Shown one piece after another: positions 25,101 to 40,100 of a stretch of 64,000 nt of DNA (its first letter is position 1; the number at the start of each line of letters is the position of its first letter). Position numbers and translations under genes: made by a program. The DNA comes from Isurus oxyrinchus (Eukaryota): NCBI GenBank assembly GCA_026770705.1, contig JANJGN010000008.1, forward strand, positions 50,220,001-50,284,000, written 5' to 3'. The notes beneath the pieces are model-generated. The model ran no database searches. It saw only the letters and a list, made by a program, of their open reading frames with translations, and was not told where the DNA came from.

Positions 25101-28100
25101 ACTGGGAAAGGACCCCATGTGTTTGGTGATGGAGAAAAGGTTCCTCCAAAGTGTGCCATGGGTAACCGAGGATGTCGAATCTGCTGGATAGTTTGAGCAG
25201 CCAGCAAAGCATGTGCTAACTGCGGATGTGAATAAGCCAAAGGAAGCGAAACTGAAAATGTAGGACGCATATTGTTTGACACAATGTTTTTAGCAGGTTT
25301 GTTAATGGATTGTAATGATGTGGATGATGAGGTTGACAGCGAAGCTGTTGCAGAGGAAGACATCATTGAAACGGTTATTCGGTGTCCGGCAGTTGTGGTG
25401 CTAGCTGTGGTTGTGGCAGCTGTGGACCCCATTCTTGTGTTGGCTGTGACGTTTTTGATATGATTCCGAGGAATCAAGTCCTCCAGCTCTTTTGCAGGAT
25501 CCTGAATTAGTGCATTGATGAGCTGCACTGCATGTCTTGTTGATTCTGTGCCTCCTCTGAAAAAAGTACAACGTAAAGTTTCACAGTGAGAAATGTTTCT
25601 TTAGATACCTGTTTATTTATGCTTCCAGTTAAAAATCATAGGACTCAGAATATTTATTCAATCCAAACTACAACTGACCACTCATTAAACCACAGTAGAC
25701 ATTCCAGATGCTGTTCCACAAAAAACTATAACCTAATAAACTCACTAGTAAGCCTTGACCTGGACTAACAATACTTCCAGCCACTTAGACTGATTCAGCC
25801 TTACTCTGTACGCTATTGACCGCATTATTGAGAAAGCCATATGATATGGCAAAGTTGCAATAGTTGTGATCAACAAATTTTGATTTTATTATAAATGTTA
25901 AATTTCAGATCTGGATTTAATAAATATTCAAGTCAGGGGTTGAAACTAATTCAAGGGAGCCTTAATATAGTAATTCTAAAAATAATTAACATGTGTGTGC
26001 AAACTTCAGTAAGTCAGCCATTTTAATTCCTGCAAACTAATACCCCATCTTACACCCGGCCCAAAAGCCAGTAAGTTCCAGTCCCTGGAGAAGGAAAAAT
26101 ATGAAGAGTGTTGATTTCAGGACCAGCGTTCCTTTAAGCTTAAACTGAATCTTCCTATCATGCAAGCACTGTTCCCGATATAGTTCCTTCCCACCATCTT
26201 TTCAGCCAGAATGCTGAAGCTAAAATATTTCCTTGCAAACTGGACTCCTCTTGGAAGTGAGAGCTCGTCACAATCTTTCAAAAAAATGAAGTATAGCAAT
26301 TTTAAGATTCTGGCCAAAATAAACTATTTTGTCTAAAATTTAGCCTTTTGATAAGTCCCAAACAGTATTTGTCAGACGTGTGTTTTATTGAAGTCCAGAT
26401 TTTGTGGGATTAACTGAATAAAACAGCTAGCTCAACTGTATGTAGAACATTTGTTCAACAAATGAAATCACTAGATTCCAAACAGCTCTTTCTAATGCAT
26501 GTAAAAAAGACATTAAATAGCCATAAAATCTAGATTTAATCAGATTTGAGTACCACTGGCAATGCATTTATGTACAAGATTAATAATAGCATTGTATTGA
26601 ATTTTTGTTTTAATCCTACAAGCATTGGAAAGAACAGTTACTATTGGGTGTAACTGGCATTCAGGCAATTATTTTTCTAGTATGGGAGAGACCAAGGGTA
26701 ATCAAATCAGTGCTTGCAAATAATCACAGTGCATATGATAATGGCAAGAAAATGCTTGGATAAGGTTCAGAATATTATACAAGATAAAGAGTAACCAAGT
26801 CTGAAACTTGAGACTTGCTAGATTTACTTATTTATTGTATGAACAAAATGAAAACAATTGTGATCAGTGCCTACATTTAAGCAAGTTATGTTTAATATTG
26901 AAGATATGTATGCAGAAACTATGAGTATTGTCAGCCATACTTTTCTCCACTTTCTTGGAGATGATGAACTGAAGTACGGTAGATCAGTGTTCAGATTTGA
27001 TGCCACACAAAAAAATATTAATTCCCAAAATAGAAAAATATACAACTATTGTAAATAATGGCTTGTTATCAAGAACACAGAAAATATCAATTTGGAGATC
27101 AAACTTAAAATAGCATGTGTCAGCAGGCTTACCAAAAGAAGAGAAAAAACAAACAATTAAGAGGGACACATTTGAAAGAATTAACTCTAAATGTCTCAGC
27201 AGGAACAAGTCTGATAACTACGCTTCTCATTTTTACTGCAAAACAAAAAGTGCTCAAAATTCTGAGGTGGTCGGGGGCAGGTGGGGGGGGGGGGGGGGGG
27301 GGGGGGGGGGGAGTAAATGTTTAATTTGGTCTATTTTGAAGACAGCTCGAGTAACTATACACAAATATTTTTCCTTTTGTTCTCAGGGTGAGAGAACACT
27401 AATAAGGCTGCATCTATTGCATATCACTAGTTGCCCTGAGACAGTGGTAGTGGGAGTGTGATTGCTTTTACAACTGGCTTGCTAAGAGAGCATTAGAGTC
27501 AACCATGTAGTATGGGACTGCAGTCACATGTGGACGAGAGTATTTAGGGGCACAGGTTCCATTTCCTGAAAGACAATATTTAGGATTTTACAACAACCTC
27601 GCAGCCGTCAGACTTTTTTCTGGTGCCAGTGCACAAAATGACTAAGTTTATCGTCTTTAGTTTCACAAATTGCCATGGTAGGATTTGAACTCATCACATC
27701 TGGGTTGCTAATCCAGTACCTAGTCAAATGCACTACTGACGATCTGCTTTTCTTTACTGAACATGTTAAAGACTCTTAGCTTACAGTGAGCTGGAGTCAC
27801 TTGAATGAAGAACTAGAACAATGAATATAGCTAATGCACTCAAAATAATAAAAATGTGTCAAGGATGGACTAGTGGCACCATGTTGGTCCTTTCCATTAG
27901 GAAGACTATCATTTGGTTTTTCTCAAGCAGACAGTTTAACAGCTGGAACAACCTGAATGATTTCCCCTTTTAACTTTGTGTCACTTTTATTTAAAGGTCC
28001 AGTTACCTTATTGTGATCATTCTTTCTCCATTCTTGTCTTTTTGCTTGTCAACATCAATATGTGCACCAGTAACATCTTGGATGGCAGTTATATTGCATC

Positions 28101-31100
28101 CCCCTCTTCCCATTATCCTTGATACAACCGACGCTGGTACAGACAATTTCTTTGACCTGGTTAAAGCAACTCTATATAAAAATCATAAAATTCTCAATAT
28201 ATATTAATTCAATTTTGCATTTTCCACACACAAAACCCACCCCTTCCTCTCTCAAAGACAGCAACATTTGCTGGGATATGGTGCAAAAGGCACCTGCAGT
28301 GATTTGGTAAACATGTTCTTCACATGTAAACCTGAATCACGAACACCAGCAGATTATTCAAGTATATAACACATTATAATAAACTATGTCTTACATAATG
28401 ACCACACAAATATTCTTCAATCAGGCCACTAGATAGAAAACCAGAAGTGGAAATCCTGGTCAATTTTAATCCCAAGTCAGGGAAGCTGAAGCCAATTTGT
28501 GGCACCTTTACTGATGCCACATTTGAGACCAGCTAACTCAAAAGATTGAGTGGAGCTGGACCATATTTGCATATGTGGCTCAAAACAAACAACTGCTTTC
28601 GTGAGCCATTGGTAGGTGGTGCTAACATGCAGATGAAACAAACATCCACAGCACATGTTGGCTTCTAGTTGTCCAATCTTTCAATTTCTGCTCAAGGCAG
28701 CAACCTATCTACTGATTTTTCTATCCATCTTAACAAAAGCAAGTCTGTGAACACATGGTACAGATCTATTATGTAGTGGACAAAATTATTTCCCCAATTA
28801 GTGGGCAACCCAATATATGATCAAAGCTTAATTTTTGCTTTCATATTTATGCAAGCATTTTCAAAAAAAATTCCAAGTGAAAACCAAGTCAAATATTTGT
28901 TACTTGTAAATTTCAGCTCCACTTATATGCAAGGCTGGCTCAGCAACAACTGATTTTTCAAGCAAATCAAGGCAATCTTGTTGCAGCATTTTAAGATTCA
29001 GCCATCTTACATTGGGGGGAGGGTATCTCTACAAATTGAGTTTTAACTGAGTGAATGCCTGTTACAAGCTTCCTGCAATGCCACAGCATTTTACCTGGTG
29101 TCATGGATATCAGAATTTCAACAATTTATTTTTGTAAACAGCAAGCGAGGCTTATGGTCATAAGCTTTAGAAACAATAGTGTCCGCTCCCACCCACTCCC
29201 CAGGGCTTCAGAAAAACTTTCATCCCCTGCTGGACCCTAGAAAGTGAACCGCCATGGAAGAATACAGGGAAAATGAAGGCCCCAAAGTCCTAACTCCACT
29301 CCTAGGATTCTTTGATGAAGATGGTAAGAAACAGCAGGCTTCACACACAAGCCAAAAGACATGAAAACTCCAATGCCACTTGGAAACTGAGCGACAACCA
29401 CACCAGCGGCCCAAAATCAATGTTGGTGCAGTTGCTTCACAGCTCCTAATAAATTCAAAGATACCGGGCAGCATGGAATATAAGCAGATGGTAAAAACAG
29501 CTCAATTTCTCAAGACTGCCCCAGAGCAGACAGACTTCTCAAGCCCTTAAACACGAGGAAATGGACAGCACCATGATGGCAAACAAATCTGGTAACGCTT
29601 CAGAAGCCAATGTAATTTACCCAGAATTCCTGAAAGATCACTGGGAAAGAAGTGGCTAGCAAAGCTGTTTACCAACTTCCACACCACAGGCACCATTCCA
29701 ACACAATCCAAGATAGCAGCCATTGGCAAGCCACAAAAACCACTCAATTACCCACACAATAACCACACCATCGTTCTGCTTTTAATAACCCAAAAGATCC
29801 AGGAACACCTCCTGCTTAACAGACTTGAGTCCCACCTAAAAGCAGCAATGCCTCCACAACATTTAACAACACAAACATAGGACATGGGAGCAGGGGTAGG
29901 CCATCTGGCCCTTCAAGTCTGCTCTGTCATTCGATAAGGTCATTGCTGATTTTTTTGTGGTCTCCACTACTTTTCTGTCTGCCCCCCATAACCCTCAGCT
30001 CCCTAGTCTATCAAAAATGTACCTAACTCAGCCTTGAATAAATTCAATGACCCAGCCTCCACTGTTTCTAGGAAAGAGGATTCCACATACTAACGACCCA
30101 CTGATAGTTGAAAATTTTCATCTGTCTTAAAAGCAATACCTCTTATTCTTAAACAGCATCCCCTCGTTCTAATCTCTTCCACAAAAGGAAACATTCTCCC
30201 GGTATCCAACCTGTCAATTCCCGAGAATCTTGTATGTTTCAATAAGATCACCCCGTATTCTTCTAAACTCAAACGGGTATAGGCCCAGCTTCTTCAAACT
30301 TTCCTCATAAGGCAATCTCTCGTCCCAAGAATGTGTCGTGTGAACCTTCTTGGAACTGCTTCTAACTCAATTTGATCTTATTTCAAATAAGGAACTAAAA
30401 CTGTACACAGTGTTCCAGGTGTGGTCTCACCAAGGCCCTGTACAGCTGCAGTAAGGCTTCCCTATTTTTATATTCCATTCCCCTTGCAATAAATACATTT
30501 TCCATTTGCCTTCCTAATCATTTGCTGTACCTACATACTAACTTCATGTGATTCATATGCCAGGTCACCCAGGTTCCTCTATACCACCAAGTTCTGCAAT
30601 ATCGATCCAATTAAATCATATATTGCTTTTCTATTCTTCCTGCCAAAGTGGACAAGTTCACATTTTCCCACATTGTACTCCATCTGTCAAATTTTTGCCC
30701 ACCCACTTAACCTATCTCTACCCCTTTGCAGGCTCCATACCTCCTTTTGACAACTTACTTTCCTATCCATCTTGGTGGCATCAACAAATTTAGCTATCAG
30801 ATATTTGGTCTCTTCATCCAAGTCTTTGAGCTAGATTGTAAATAGCTGAGGCCCCATGACTGATCCCTGTGGCACTCCCCTGGTCACAGCTTGCCAACCC
30901 AAAAAAGACCCATTTATCCCTACTCTGTTTCCTGTTAGCTAACCAATCCTTTATCCATGCTAATATATTAGCCCCTTTGCCATGTGCACTTATCTTGTAA
31001 CAGGCAAGGTGGATAAAGAGGAGCCTGTAAATGTGGTGTACTTGGATTTCCAAAAGGCTCATGATAGAGTGCCACAACAAGCTTCTTGAGTGTCATTGGA

Positions 31101-34100
31101 GCTGCACTTATCCAAGCAAGTGGAGAGTATTCTGTCACTCTCCTGAATTATGCCTTGTAGATGGTGAACAGGCTTTGGGGTGTCAGGTGGTGAGTTACTC
31201 GCCGCAGGATTCCTAGCCTCTGCCCTGCTCTTGCAGCTACAGTATTCAGATGGCTAGTTCAGTTCAGTTCCTGGTCAATGGCAACCGTTAGGATGTTGAT
31301 AGTGGGGGATTCAGCAATGGTAATGCCATTGAATGGCATGAGGATCAAGTTCTGGCACATACTGCCTACATTGAAAATGGCTTCCAAAAGAAGCTGAAGA
31401 CAGGCATAGTGCTACTGGACTTCGCAACTGCTTAAGATAGTATGGCACGCTGGCCTGATCTTAAAACTGCCCAGAATCCTTACAACCTGGGTCAGAACAG
31501 TTGTTGAAACGCTCCTTTGGAGCTGACGATTCAGAGTCCACCCTGAGCAAGGAAGAAGTGCATGGAGACAACAGGACAACGGGGTACCACAGGGTTCAGT
31601 GTTAGCCCCGATCCCGTTCAATGTATACCCGCAAGTTCATCTACACTGATGAAATCTGTTGTGCCAACCAAGCTCCATCCATCTGCACTCTGGACCAGAT
31701 CCTTAATAAAGAGATTACAAAGTTTACAAACTACTGCAGCACATGGTATCTCACATTAAATCCACATGGATGGCCAAAGACTAATGCATTATACCGACCC
31801 AACACGCTTGGGAGTGACTCTGAATCAGACTCTGTCCTTCCGGGAACATTTGAAGAAAACAGCAGCCAAGCTCAAAACCAGAAACAACCTACTAACCAAA
31901 CTTGCTGGATCTATGTGGGGACGCTGCTGCCACAACACTCCAGGCTTGCCCTATCATATTCCACAGCAGAATACTGAGCACCTGTCTGGCAAAGCTCATC
32001 ACACACATCTTGTTGACACTCAATTAAATCATAACTGGGGCTCCCCTGGCTTCCTGTCCTTGCAAATATCACTCCGCCACACATCCACCAATTGACATTG
32101 ATGGATTTTGGAACTAAAATCTTTTACTTCTAGGATATTTTACTGCAGTCATGTTGGTGAATGTTTCTAAACTCTCACACTACTCCGGTAAGTGGATTGT
32201 AGGATTTCTATGAGCGTTAGACTATATTGCCTCATTTAACATTCTCAGCAACCTACAATCTACGTACATTACTGGGATAGTGAGACAGAGTTTAGAAACA
32301 CTCACAAACATGACTGCAGTAAAAGATCCCACAAGGAAACCTATAAAAACCTATAAAATTCTAACAGGACTAGACAGGGTACATGCAGGAAGGATGTTCC
32401 CGATGGTGGGGGAGTCCAGAACCAGGGGACAGAGTCTGAGGATATGGGGTAGACCATTTAGGACTGAGATGAGGAGAAATTTCTTCACCCAGAGAGTGGT
32501 GAGCCTGTGGAATTCGTTACCCCAGAAAGTAGTTGAGACCAAAATATTATATGCTTTCGAGAAGGAGTAAGATATAGCTCTTGGGGCGGACGGGATCAAA
32601 GGGTATGGGGAGAAAGCTATTGAGTTGGATGATCAGCCATAATCATAATGAATGGTGGAGCAGGCTCAAAGGGCCGAATGGTTTACTCCTGCTCCTAGTT
32701 TCTATGTAACGATTTTAGTTTCCCATCTGCAAATCCTTCCCTCCCCCTTCTGCCACTCTAAGTTCCAGGCTGCAGGCTCCTGCAATGACATTAGGTTGCT
32801 GCACGGCGCATCACTGGGGCCTCAGTACAAACCCCTTATGCACTTGTGGAAAGAATAGAACAATGCTGCACATCAGAGGAGACACTCCCTGCTACAGACT
32901 AAATGGCGGACTAATCACCTTAAACTCAGCAAATTAATAGGCCATCGCTTGACTTTGGGCATTTGCATTCACTAAATAAAAATAAGTGTGGTGCACAGGC
33001 ATGTGGCTGTAACTCTCCAAAATAATTTGCTGTATGAAAAACCGACAACTAATCAACGTCATGATCAGCAGCCGACTGTTCCACGTGCACCTTGGAGATC
33101 AAAGCAGGCAGCCAAGCAAAACCAACACGGGCTCCCATTGCGATCAATCCTTGCACCAGCTCTCCAACATATATACCAGTGGTCTCCCTCCCACAAAATC
33201 ACGGCTCTTCACATATGCTGACGACTTGGCCCTGGCTTTCCAGGCTAAAGCACTTCAGGGATATTGAAAAAACAGTGAAGATCTATGTTCTCTGGAAACC
33301 TGCTTCAGAAAATGGAAACTTCAACCAAGCACTGCCAGGAATCATTTCAGCCTTCCACCTGAACAACTCAGAAGACTGGTGAAGAACATCATATCCAGTT
33401 CTGTGGCCAACCACTCATCCACAGCCCACTGTCAAAATACCATGGCATCACTCTTGCCCATACATCAACCAACAACACCTCCAGAACACCAGAACCAAAG
33501 TTAAAAACAAGAGTGAATTTCATATGGAAACTGGTGGGTATCACCTGGGACAGGAGAGCACTGCTTCACTTGCCCTGGCCCACCCAACAGCAGAGTACCA
33601 TTGCTCAAGCTGGCAGAGGAGCTGCCACACAAATGTGGTAGTTTTCCATATCTGTGAAGTGACAAGGATTGTTTCTGAGATGTTGAGACCAACACAGCTC
33701 AACTGGCTTCCTGTTCTAGCACATATTGAACCTCCTGATGTCCACAGGGAACATCCTCCTCAAAGAACACCATCGGTTGACAGCTAACGAAGCACTCTCA
33801 TTGATATATGACCTCAAAATAAAAACCAACACACTCATCTGAAATCCTGTAGTTCCCAGTGGCACACATTTCACACCCTACAAACTGACAACAACCCCAT
33901 CTCTTGCTGACACACCTCCAGGTTGACTGCAAACAACTTCAACCGGGTAACTGACTGAAACAGTGAAGTCCCAGGTTTCAACATTCCATGGAAAATCTGG
34001 GCAACCCTGAACCACTTGAGGACAGGCCAGGGAAAATGTGGTCACTTGGTCCATAAGTGAAACATGAGGAAAAACTCAAATTGTGAATGTGGCCATGCAA

Positions 34101-37100
34101 GTTACACCTTTGCCCATATACTGAACTTTTGCCCTGAAGGATCAGATAGATAGGTTCTTGATTGGTAAGGGGATCAAAGGTTACAGGGAGAAGGCGGGAG
34201 AACGGGGTTGAGAAACTTATCAGCCATGATTGAATGGCGGAGCAAGACTCGATGGGCCGAATAGCCTAATTTCTACTCTTATGTCTTATGGATCCATTCC
34301 TGGTGACATCACAACCATCCACACTGCATCAGCTGAAGCCATTGAATGGATTGCTAATTTTGAAATCCGACTGGAACTCCTTCCCAATAATCTCTCTGCA
34401 ACACCTAGCCAGAATCTTTTTACCTATACATTAGATGAATAGGGAATATTTAGAATGTCCAAACTGTTGAAATTTTGATTTAAATATTTATTGAACTAAA
34501 CAACCCACATCCTCAATATCATTGCTACTTCATCTGATCTATAATGACACCCATTATTGGGATGGATTTTTGCATAGCATAGCATGCTACCAAAGGCTTT
34601 ATAGGCTGACTTTTGTAAACCAGCATAAAATTTACACCTCAAAGGCTAACAGACATTTTTATTGTTGGCCTTTCAAATAGCTTGACAGCATTCTAACAAT
34701 ATCCCCTTTGCATATGCAAGCATTTTGAAAAAAAAATCTAAAGAAGAGGCCATAGTGTATTAAAAAAAACATATTTCTGGAGAATTTAAAATAAGTCCTT
34801 CCTTGTTCAGCACTTAGTACATCACCTTGTGGGGAGGATTAACACGTACTCAAATTAAAGAAACATTTGTACCTTGAAACTTGGACCTAATGTATGGCCA
34901 CCCTCCCAAATAGAGCCATCTCCTGCTCATTCTCAGGTTGTATGGTGGCAAACATGGTGTCCCAAAGCCTTAAAGAACTATTACTTCATTCCTATCCCAA
35001 TGAAAGCAATGAGGTTGCGTAGCTACTGAGAATTATGGTGCAAGAAATAATTTCTGGACAGGTTTCAACCTTTCCATGTCGTTATTAAAACCTCTCATTT
35101 GGACTAAACAGTCCTACAGATGAAGATGTATAATGCAAAAAAGTGGCAAGACAGGACGAGTTATCTGGCAATAAAACAACTACATAAACGTAGGTCACAG
35201 ACTTGCAAAAAGTGGCCCACAAGGTCAGATTTCTATCAACGTATCCATAAGGCAGGCGAACAGATCACTGCTCATTAACCTTTTCCCCCTGGCTTGACTA
35301 TTTCAACCACTTTATTTTTGTTGATATCCTAGCACACTGCTTCTGTTACTATCTATGAAAACAGTTCATGCCAATCATACACCGCTTTCCTTTGGGAAAT
35401 TAGGTCAGAGAGCCCTAGACTGAAATATTTGAAAAGCACATGGATACATGTCGCATCTTTCACATAACATTGAGAAAATTTTGTATTAGCTTCACGGTTG
35501 AAAATATTCCTCAAATTTTGTCACCAAAGAATTAAATAGATTTTATTCCCTTTGTGTGTTTTTTTTTAAAAGGAGTGAGGAGCATATTATTTTACTTTTG
35601 GCAATGTAATAACGCACGTACACTGACATAGAGATCACTAGTTCAAAAAAGTTCTTTAGTTACCTTCGCACAACTTCTTTCCAGCCATCTTCCCTCTTTT
35701 GACCACGTTTAGGACTGGTTAGATTCATCTTTCCATTTGGGGAGGACAATGGCAGTGAAGTAGACTTGTGAGTTGTAGACAGTGAGCTGGAACTTGTTTC
35801 ATTAGTGCCATCGTGCAATCTATATGATAAGCACATACCATAAATAGGAGAGAATGCCAACAGAAACATAAAATTACTATTGAACAACAAGCAGTGCCAG
35901 CTCACAATATTAATCTTACCTTGGGTGATTCTGAGTCTCTGAGATGGAAGTATTAGATTTTTCATTTCTTGGAGGGTACAATTTCTGGTCGCTGAAGTTG
36001 TGGAAGTCAGCAATTACATTGAGATCTTGGCTTTTACCACCACTGCTGCACTCACTGTTGCAGTCTGTACTGTCAACATTATCAGAATCGCTGTTCCCTC
36101 CTACACCACCGCCTCTCGGTTCCCCATTTATTTTATTTTTATCTGCCTTCTGTTGCGCTATAGACATATGCTGATCTTCTAGAATTATTTGAACACTCTG
36201 AGAAGAATCTTTAGTTTTGTTTTTCTTGTTTTTCCTGTTAGTACTTGGTGTGGTTACAACATTGGCTCTCTTTTTCCCGTAAGCATTAGTAAAGGTGGCT
36301 GAAGTTGCAGAAATGCCAATGGTGGTAGTTGTAGTTGCACTTGGAGGCTCTATAGGCACAACTTCTTCATCTGTGGAGAACAGAAGCTGTTAGCTTGATT
36401 GCTTTTAAAGAAAAAAATCAATCCATAATCATATTTACAGTTGACAATTAAAATCAAAGTTACTTACCTTCAAACCTATCCTTTTCTGGAGTTTGCAGCT
36501 TTTCTGAATTCTCCTTAACTCTGGCTTCTTCCTCCTCCTGTTTCCGCTTCTGTTCTTCTTTCTTCTTCTTTCTTTTTTCCTTTCTTTTCTCTCTTTTTGC
36601 TGCAAGAGCTAGTTTTCGACTTTCTTCCCTTGACTATAAGAAAGGCAGAAACAATTTATGCAAAGATCAAAACAGGTAGATTTAACAAAATTGGCAATGG
36701 AAACATTAAAACAGAGTTCCAATATTTCAGGGTGCCCATATTAAAACCAAGCTTTCAAGCTACAACTACAAAACTATCATTCGTTTTTTCCTTAATTACA
36801 TTAAAAACTAATGATGCAAGCATATCCGTTCTTATGTGGAAGATGAAGTTATATTGAAAGAATGACAAAGAACAACCCAAAAGATGGGCTCCAAACAGCA
36901 CAAGGTGGTAGTTTTTGGATGTTTATTAATGATCATTCAGAACAAACTCCCACCTTCTCCAAGTCCAGTTCTTTGAGAAGAATGCTTGCATTTTTGTTTG
37001 CTTCAGCAGCTTGCTGGTCCTTTGCTTTCACTATTGTTTCCATGCACTGGTGACATTTCTTAAGCAGTTCCTAGGACAACAAATAGTAATCAGCTTTAAA

Positions 37101-40100
37101 AACACTATTTAGGATAGTGGAACGTAGAAAAATACAGGAGTTGCAAGCGAAGAGAGCAACTTGAGAAAGAAACTCTTCACTACTTCACAGGAAATTATAT
37201 AAACTATTTATCTTTTATATCAGGAAAAACAAATGTTCTGATGTAAAAGTATTATTCTTTATAAGAATAGCCTAACAGTAAACTAAGCTTCACTTGGTCA
37301 AATCAGACTATCCTGTGTTCAACCTTCACATGAATGGAGTTCAAATCATACTTACCCACTCTGAGGATTTCAATAGCAGATAGGCTGGAGATAGGAAATG
37401 AAGGTAGGCTATTTATTGCGAGGGAAGTAAGGCTTTTTTTTTGTGGAGAAGACATGGGTTTAGAACCACAGTTCAGGGTCAAACAGCACAGTGAGATTGA
37501 AAACAGTGTAGTTCATCCTGACTAAGAAGGGGGATCCTTGAATGTTCCTACGAAGCACCTGGTGGCTTTTCTTTCAAAACTTCAAAACAATCTCGACCTT
37601 CTTCCCAACCCAAAGCTCAACTATTCTTCCTACAGCTCACTGGTACTGATTAAGCCCCTTTGTGCCTTTGAATGTGTTCAACTCCAGATCACCACAGATT
37701 CCATTACTAAAAATTCCAGTTAAAAACAGGTGGGAAGGTAGGAAACCCAAGTGCCTGCACACTGAAGACAAACCTAAGGAGGTGAAAAATATTGCAATGA
37801 TGGACAAGTGAAACTTTCAGAATTTAGGAATAGACTCACTTTATCAGTAATGGTTGCTATGTATCTCATACATTCAATATCAGATGGAAATTGGTTCACT
37901 TCCTTCACCAAGTACTGCACAACTTTCACATGGCCCTGAAAAAAGTACAATTCAACATTATTAGACTTGAAAATGCTTGCTTAAATGACAAAGCTTTTTA
38001 AAATTTGTTGTAAGCTGAATCTTTAGAGCATTCTAATGTTATGAACTGGCTCATCAAGCCATTTTTATCTCCTATCTTATAAAGTATCATTTCAATACTA
38101 AGTTAAATTACCTTAAATATGATTTATCTTCTCAGGTGTTATTTACTCTACACACACATTAAGGTTATGTTTGAGTATTTGAAGGATACAATGAGGGGAG
38201 TAAATGAAAAAGCAAATCAAAGGAGCCAGGAGATCTTAAAAACATTCCTGTTTAGAGCACTTATTTGATTTCACCTCAAGGCCCAAGTGATTGTCTGACA
38301 TTCTTAGTGCAAAAGAGCTATATTACACTGGTGATTTTTTTGAGAGGGAGTCTGCAGTGTAAACTCTCACCACACAGCAAAAATATTGCTGAAAAGAAAG
38401 AGACATGCTGTCAAAGCTTTTCATGTTGGACTCCTCAGGACAGGTGCAATAATACCAAATCTCAAAGGGATCAACCATTTATACTGCACGAGAAGAGGGT
38501 GCTGATTGATTGGCAAGTCGACTCTGATTGGTGGATGCATGGCCATGGAGAGCACACCAGGGAACTGTTAAACTGCCAAGCTTTTGTTTAAATTCAAACC
38601 AGGCAAGTCGACTCTGGTCAAGTCATTGCCATGGAGAATGAACCAGGGAATGGCTTTCCCCTAAGTTTTTGTTAACTTAAAAAAGGCGTGGGCATGTTCT
38701 TTCTGTTTGCAAAAGATAAGCCCCGTGTATGAAGATGTGTAGCTTCTAGCACACTTATATGGGCCACACCGTGAGCCCGAATGATCATCTTAAATTGCTT
38801 GTTAGTGTAATTCTTAGCACAATCAGGATTGTTTAGTAAGCGTTCTGAGCGTTGCAAGCATGGCTGGATGAGTATGGTCAGTATCTTGCCTGTTCCAAAC
38901 TTCTGAAGGGACATCTTGTTTGTTGCAATCCCCCTGACATTTGAACGTATGGCCTACATATCTGGCATCACCAACACTGAAATTCATATACCACAATACT
39001 CATTTGTGGGGTGGGCAGGATGTCTTTTTGGCATGACAGCAACATTCTATCAGTGGAGAATAACCACGTGTTGCGGCTTCATAACGACGGTGTGTGTCAG
39101 CTAGCTTCATCTGTGGCTCAACTGTCTGAGACACCTTACCCTTCCAGGGTAAACTGAGGTAGACTGGATGCTTTTCAGGACCGAATGTGGCGGCTCTAGG
39201 CCCATTCATATATATGTATATTGTACAATTTGTATATTTCTCAAACTCACAAATGGGCTTAAGGCCACCACTTCGGTCCTGAAAACTGCCCAGTCTACCT
39301 GAGGTTATCCTTGAAGGGCAAGGTGTTTCAAAAATTTGAGCAACAGATAAAGCTAGCCGTTTCACATTGCTATTATGCAGTAACAACACAGATGGTATTC
39401 TCCACTACTAGGGTGATGCCGTCAAGCCAAAAGATCTTCTACCTATCACACAAATGAGTAATGTGGCATATGAATTTCAGTGCCGGTGTGATACCAGGTA
39501 TGTAGGCCATATATCCCAATGATTGGTGGATCATAACAATCAGCATGTCCCTCAGGCTGTTCGCAACAGGCAAAGTATTGACCGTACTCAATCAGCCTGT
39601 GCTTGCAGAACACAGAGTCCAACATTAGATGTGATTCCATGACTGGACAACACTTAAACAATCCTGACTGTGCCAAGAATTACACTAACCAAATTTAAAA
39701 TTGTCAGGCTTGCAGTGTTGCTCGCTTATGCGTGCTAGAAGCTACATATATTCACACACAGGGTCCTATCCTTTGAAAACAAAAAGAATATGTCCACGCA
39801 TTGCACCTTTTTCAAATTAACAAAAGCTTAGGGGTCAGCTATTCCCTGGTTCATTCTCCATAGCAATGCTTTGACCAGAGTTGACTTGTCTGGTTTGAAT
39901 TTAAACAAAAGCGTAGCAGTTAACTGTTCCCTGGTGCAATCTCTATAGCAACACATCTACCAGAATCCACTTGCCAATCAATCAGCACCCTCTTCTCAAG
40001 CAGTATAAATTGTTGTGCCCTTTGAGATTTGGTATTCTTGTGACTGTCCTGATGAGTACAACACGAAGAGCTTCGACAGCATGTCTCTTTTGTTTAGTAA

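Noticed and set aside
24105-25463. Plus-strand ORFs overlapping ANKHD1 exons (also 19812-20018, 35944-36174, 60073-60264)
   Set aside because: Antisense shadows of coding exons with no independent evidence.
27115-27461. Poly-Gly ORFs on the plus strand
   Set aside because: Artefact of the G29 homopolymer, whose length is also unreliable.
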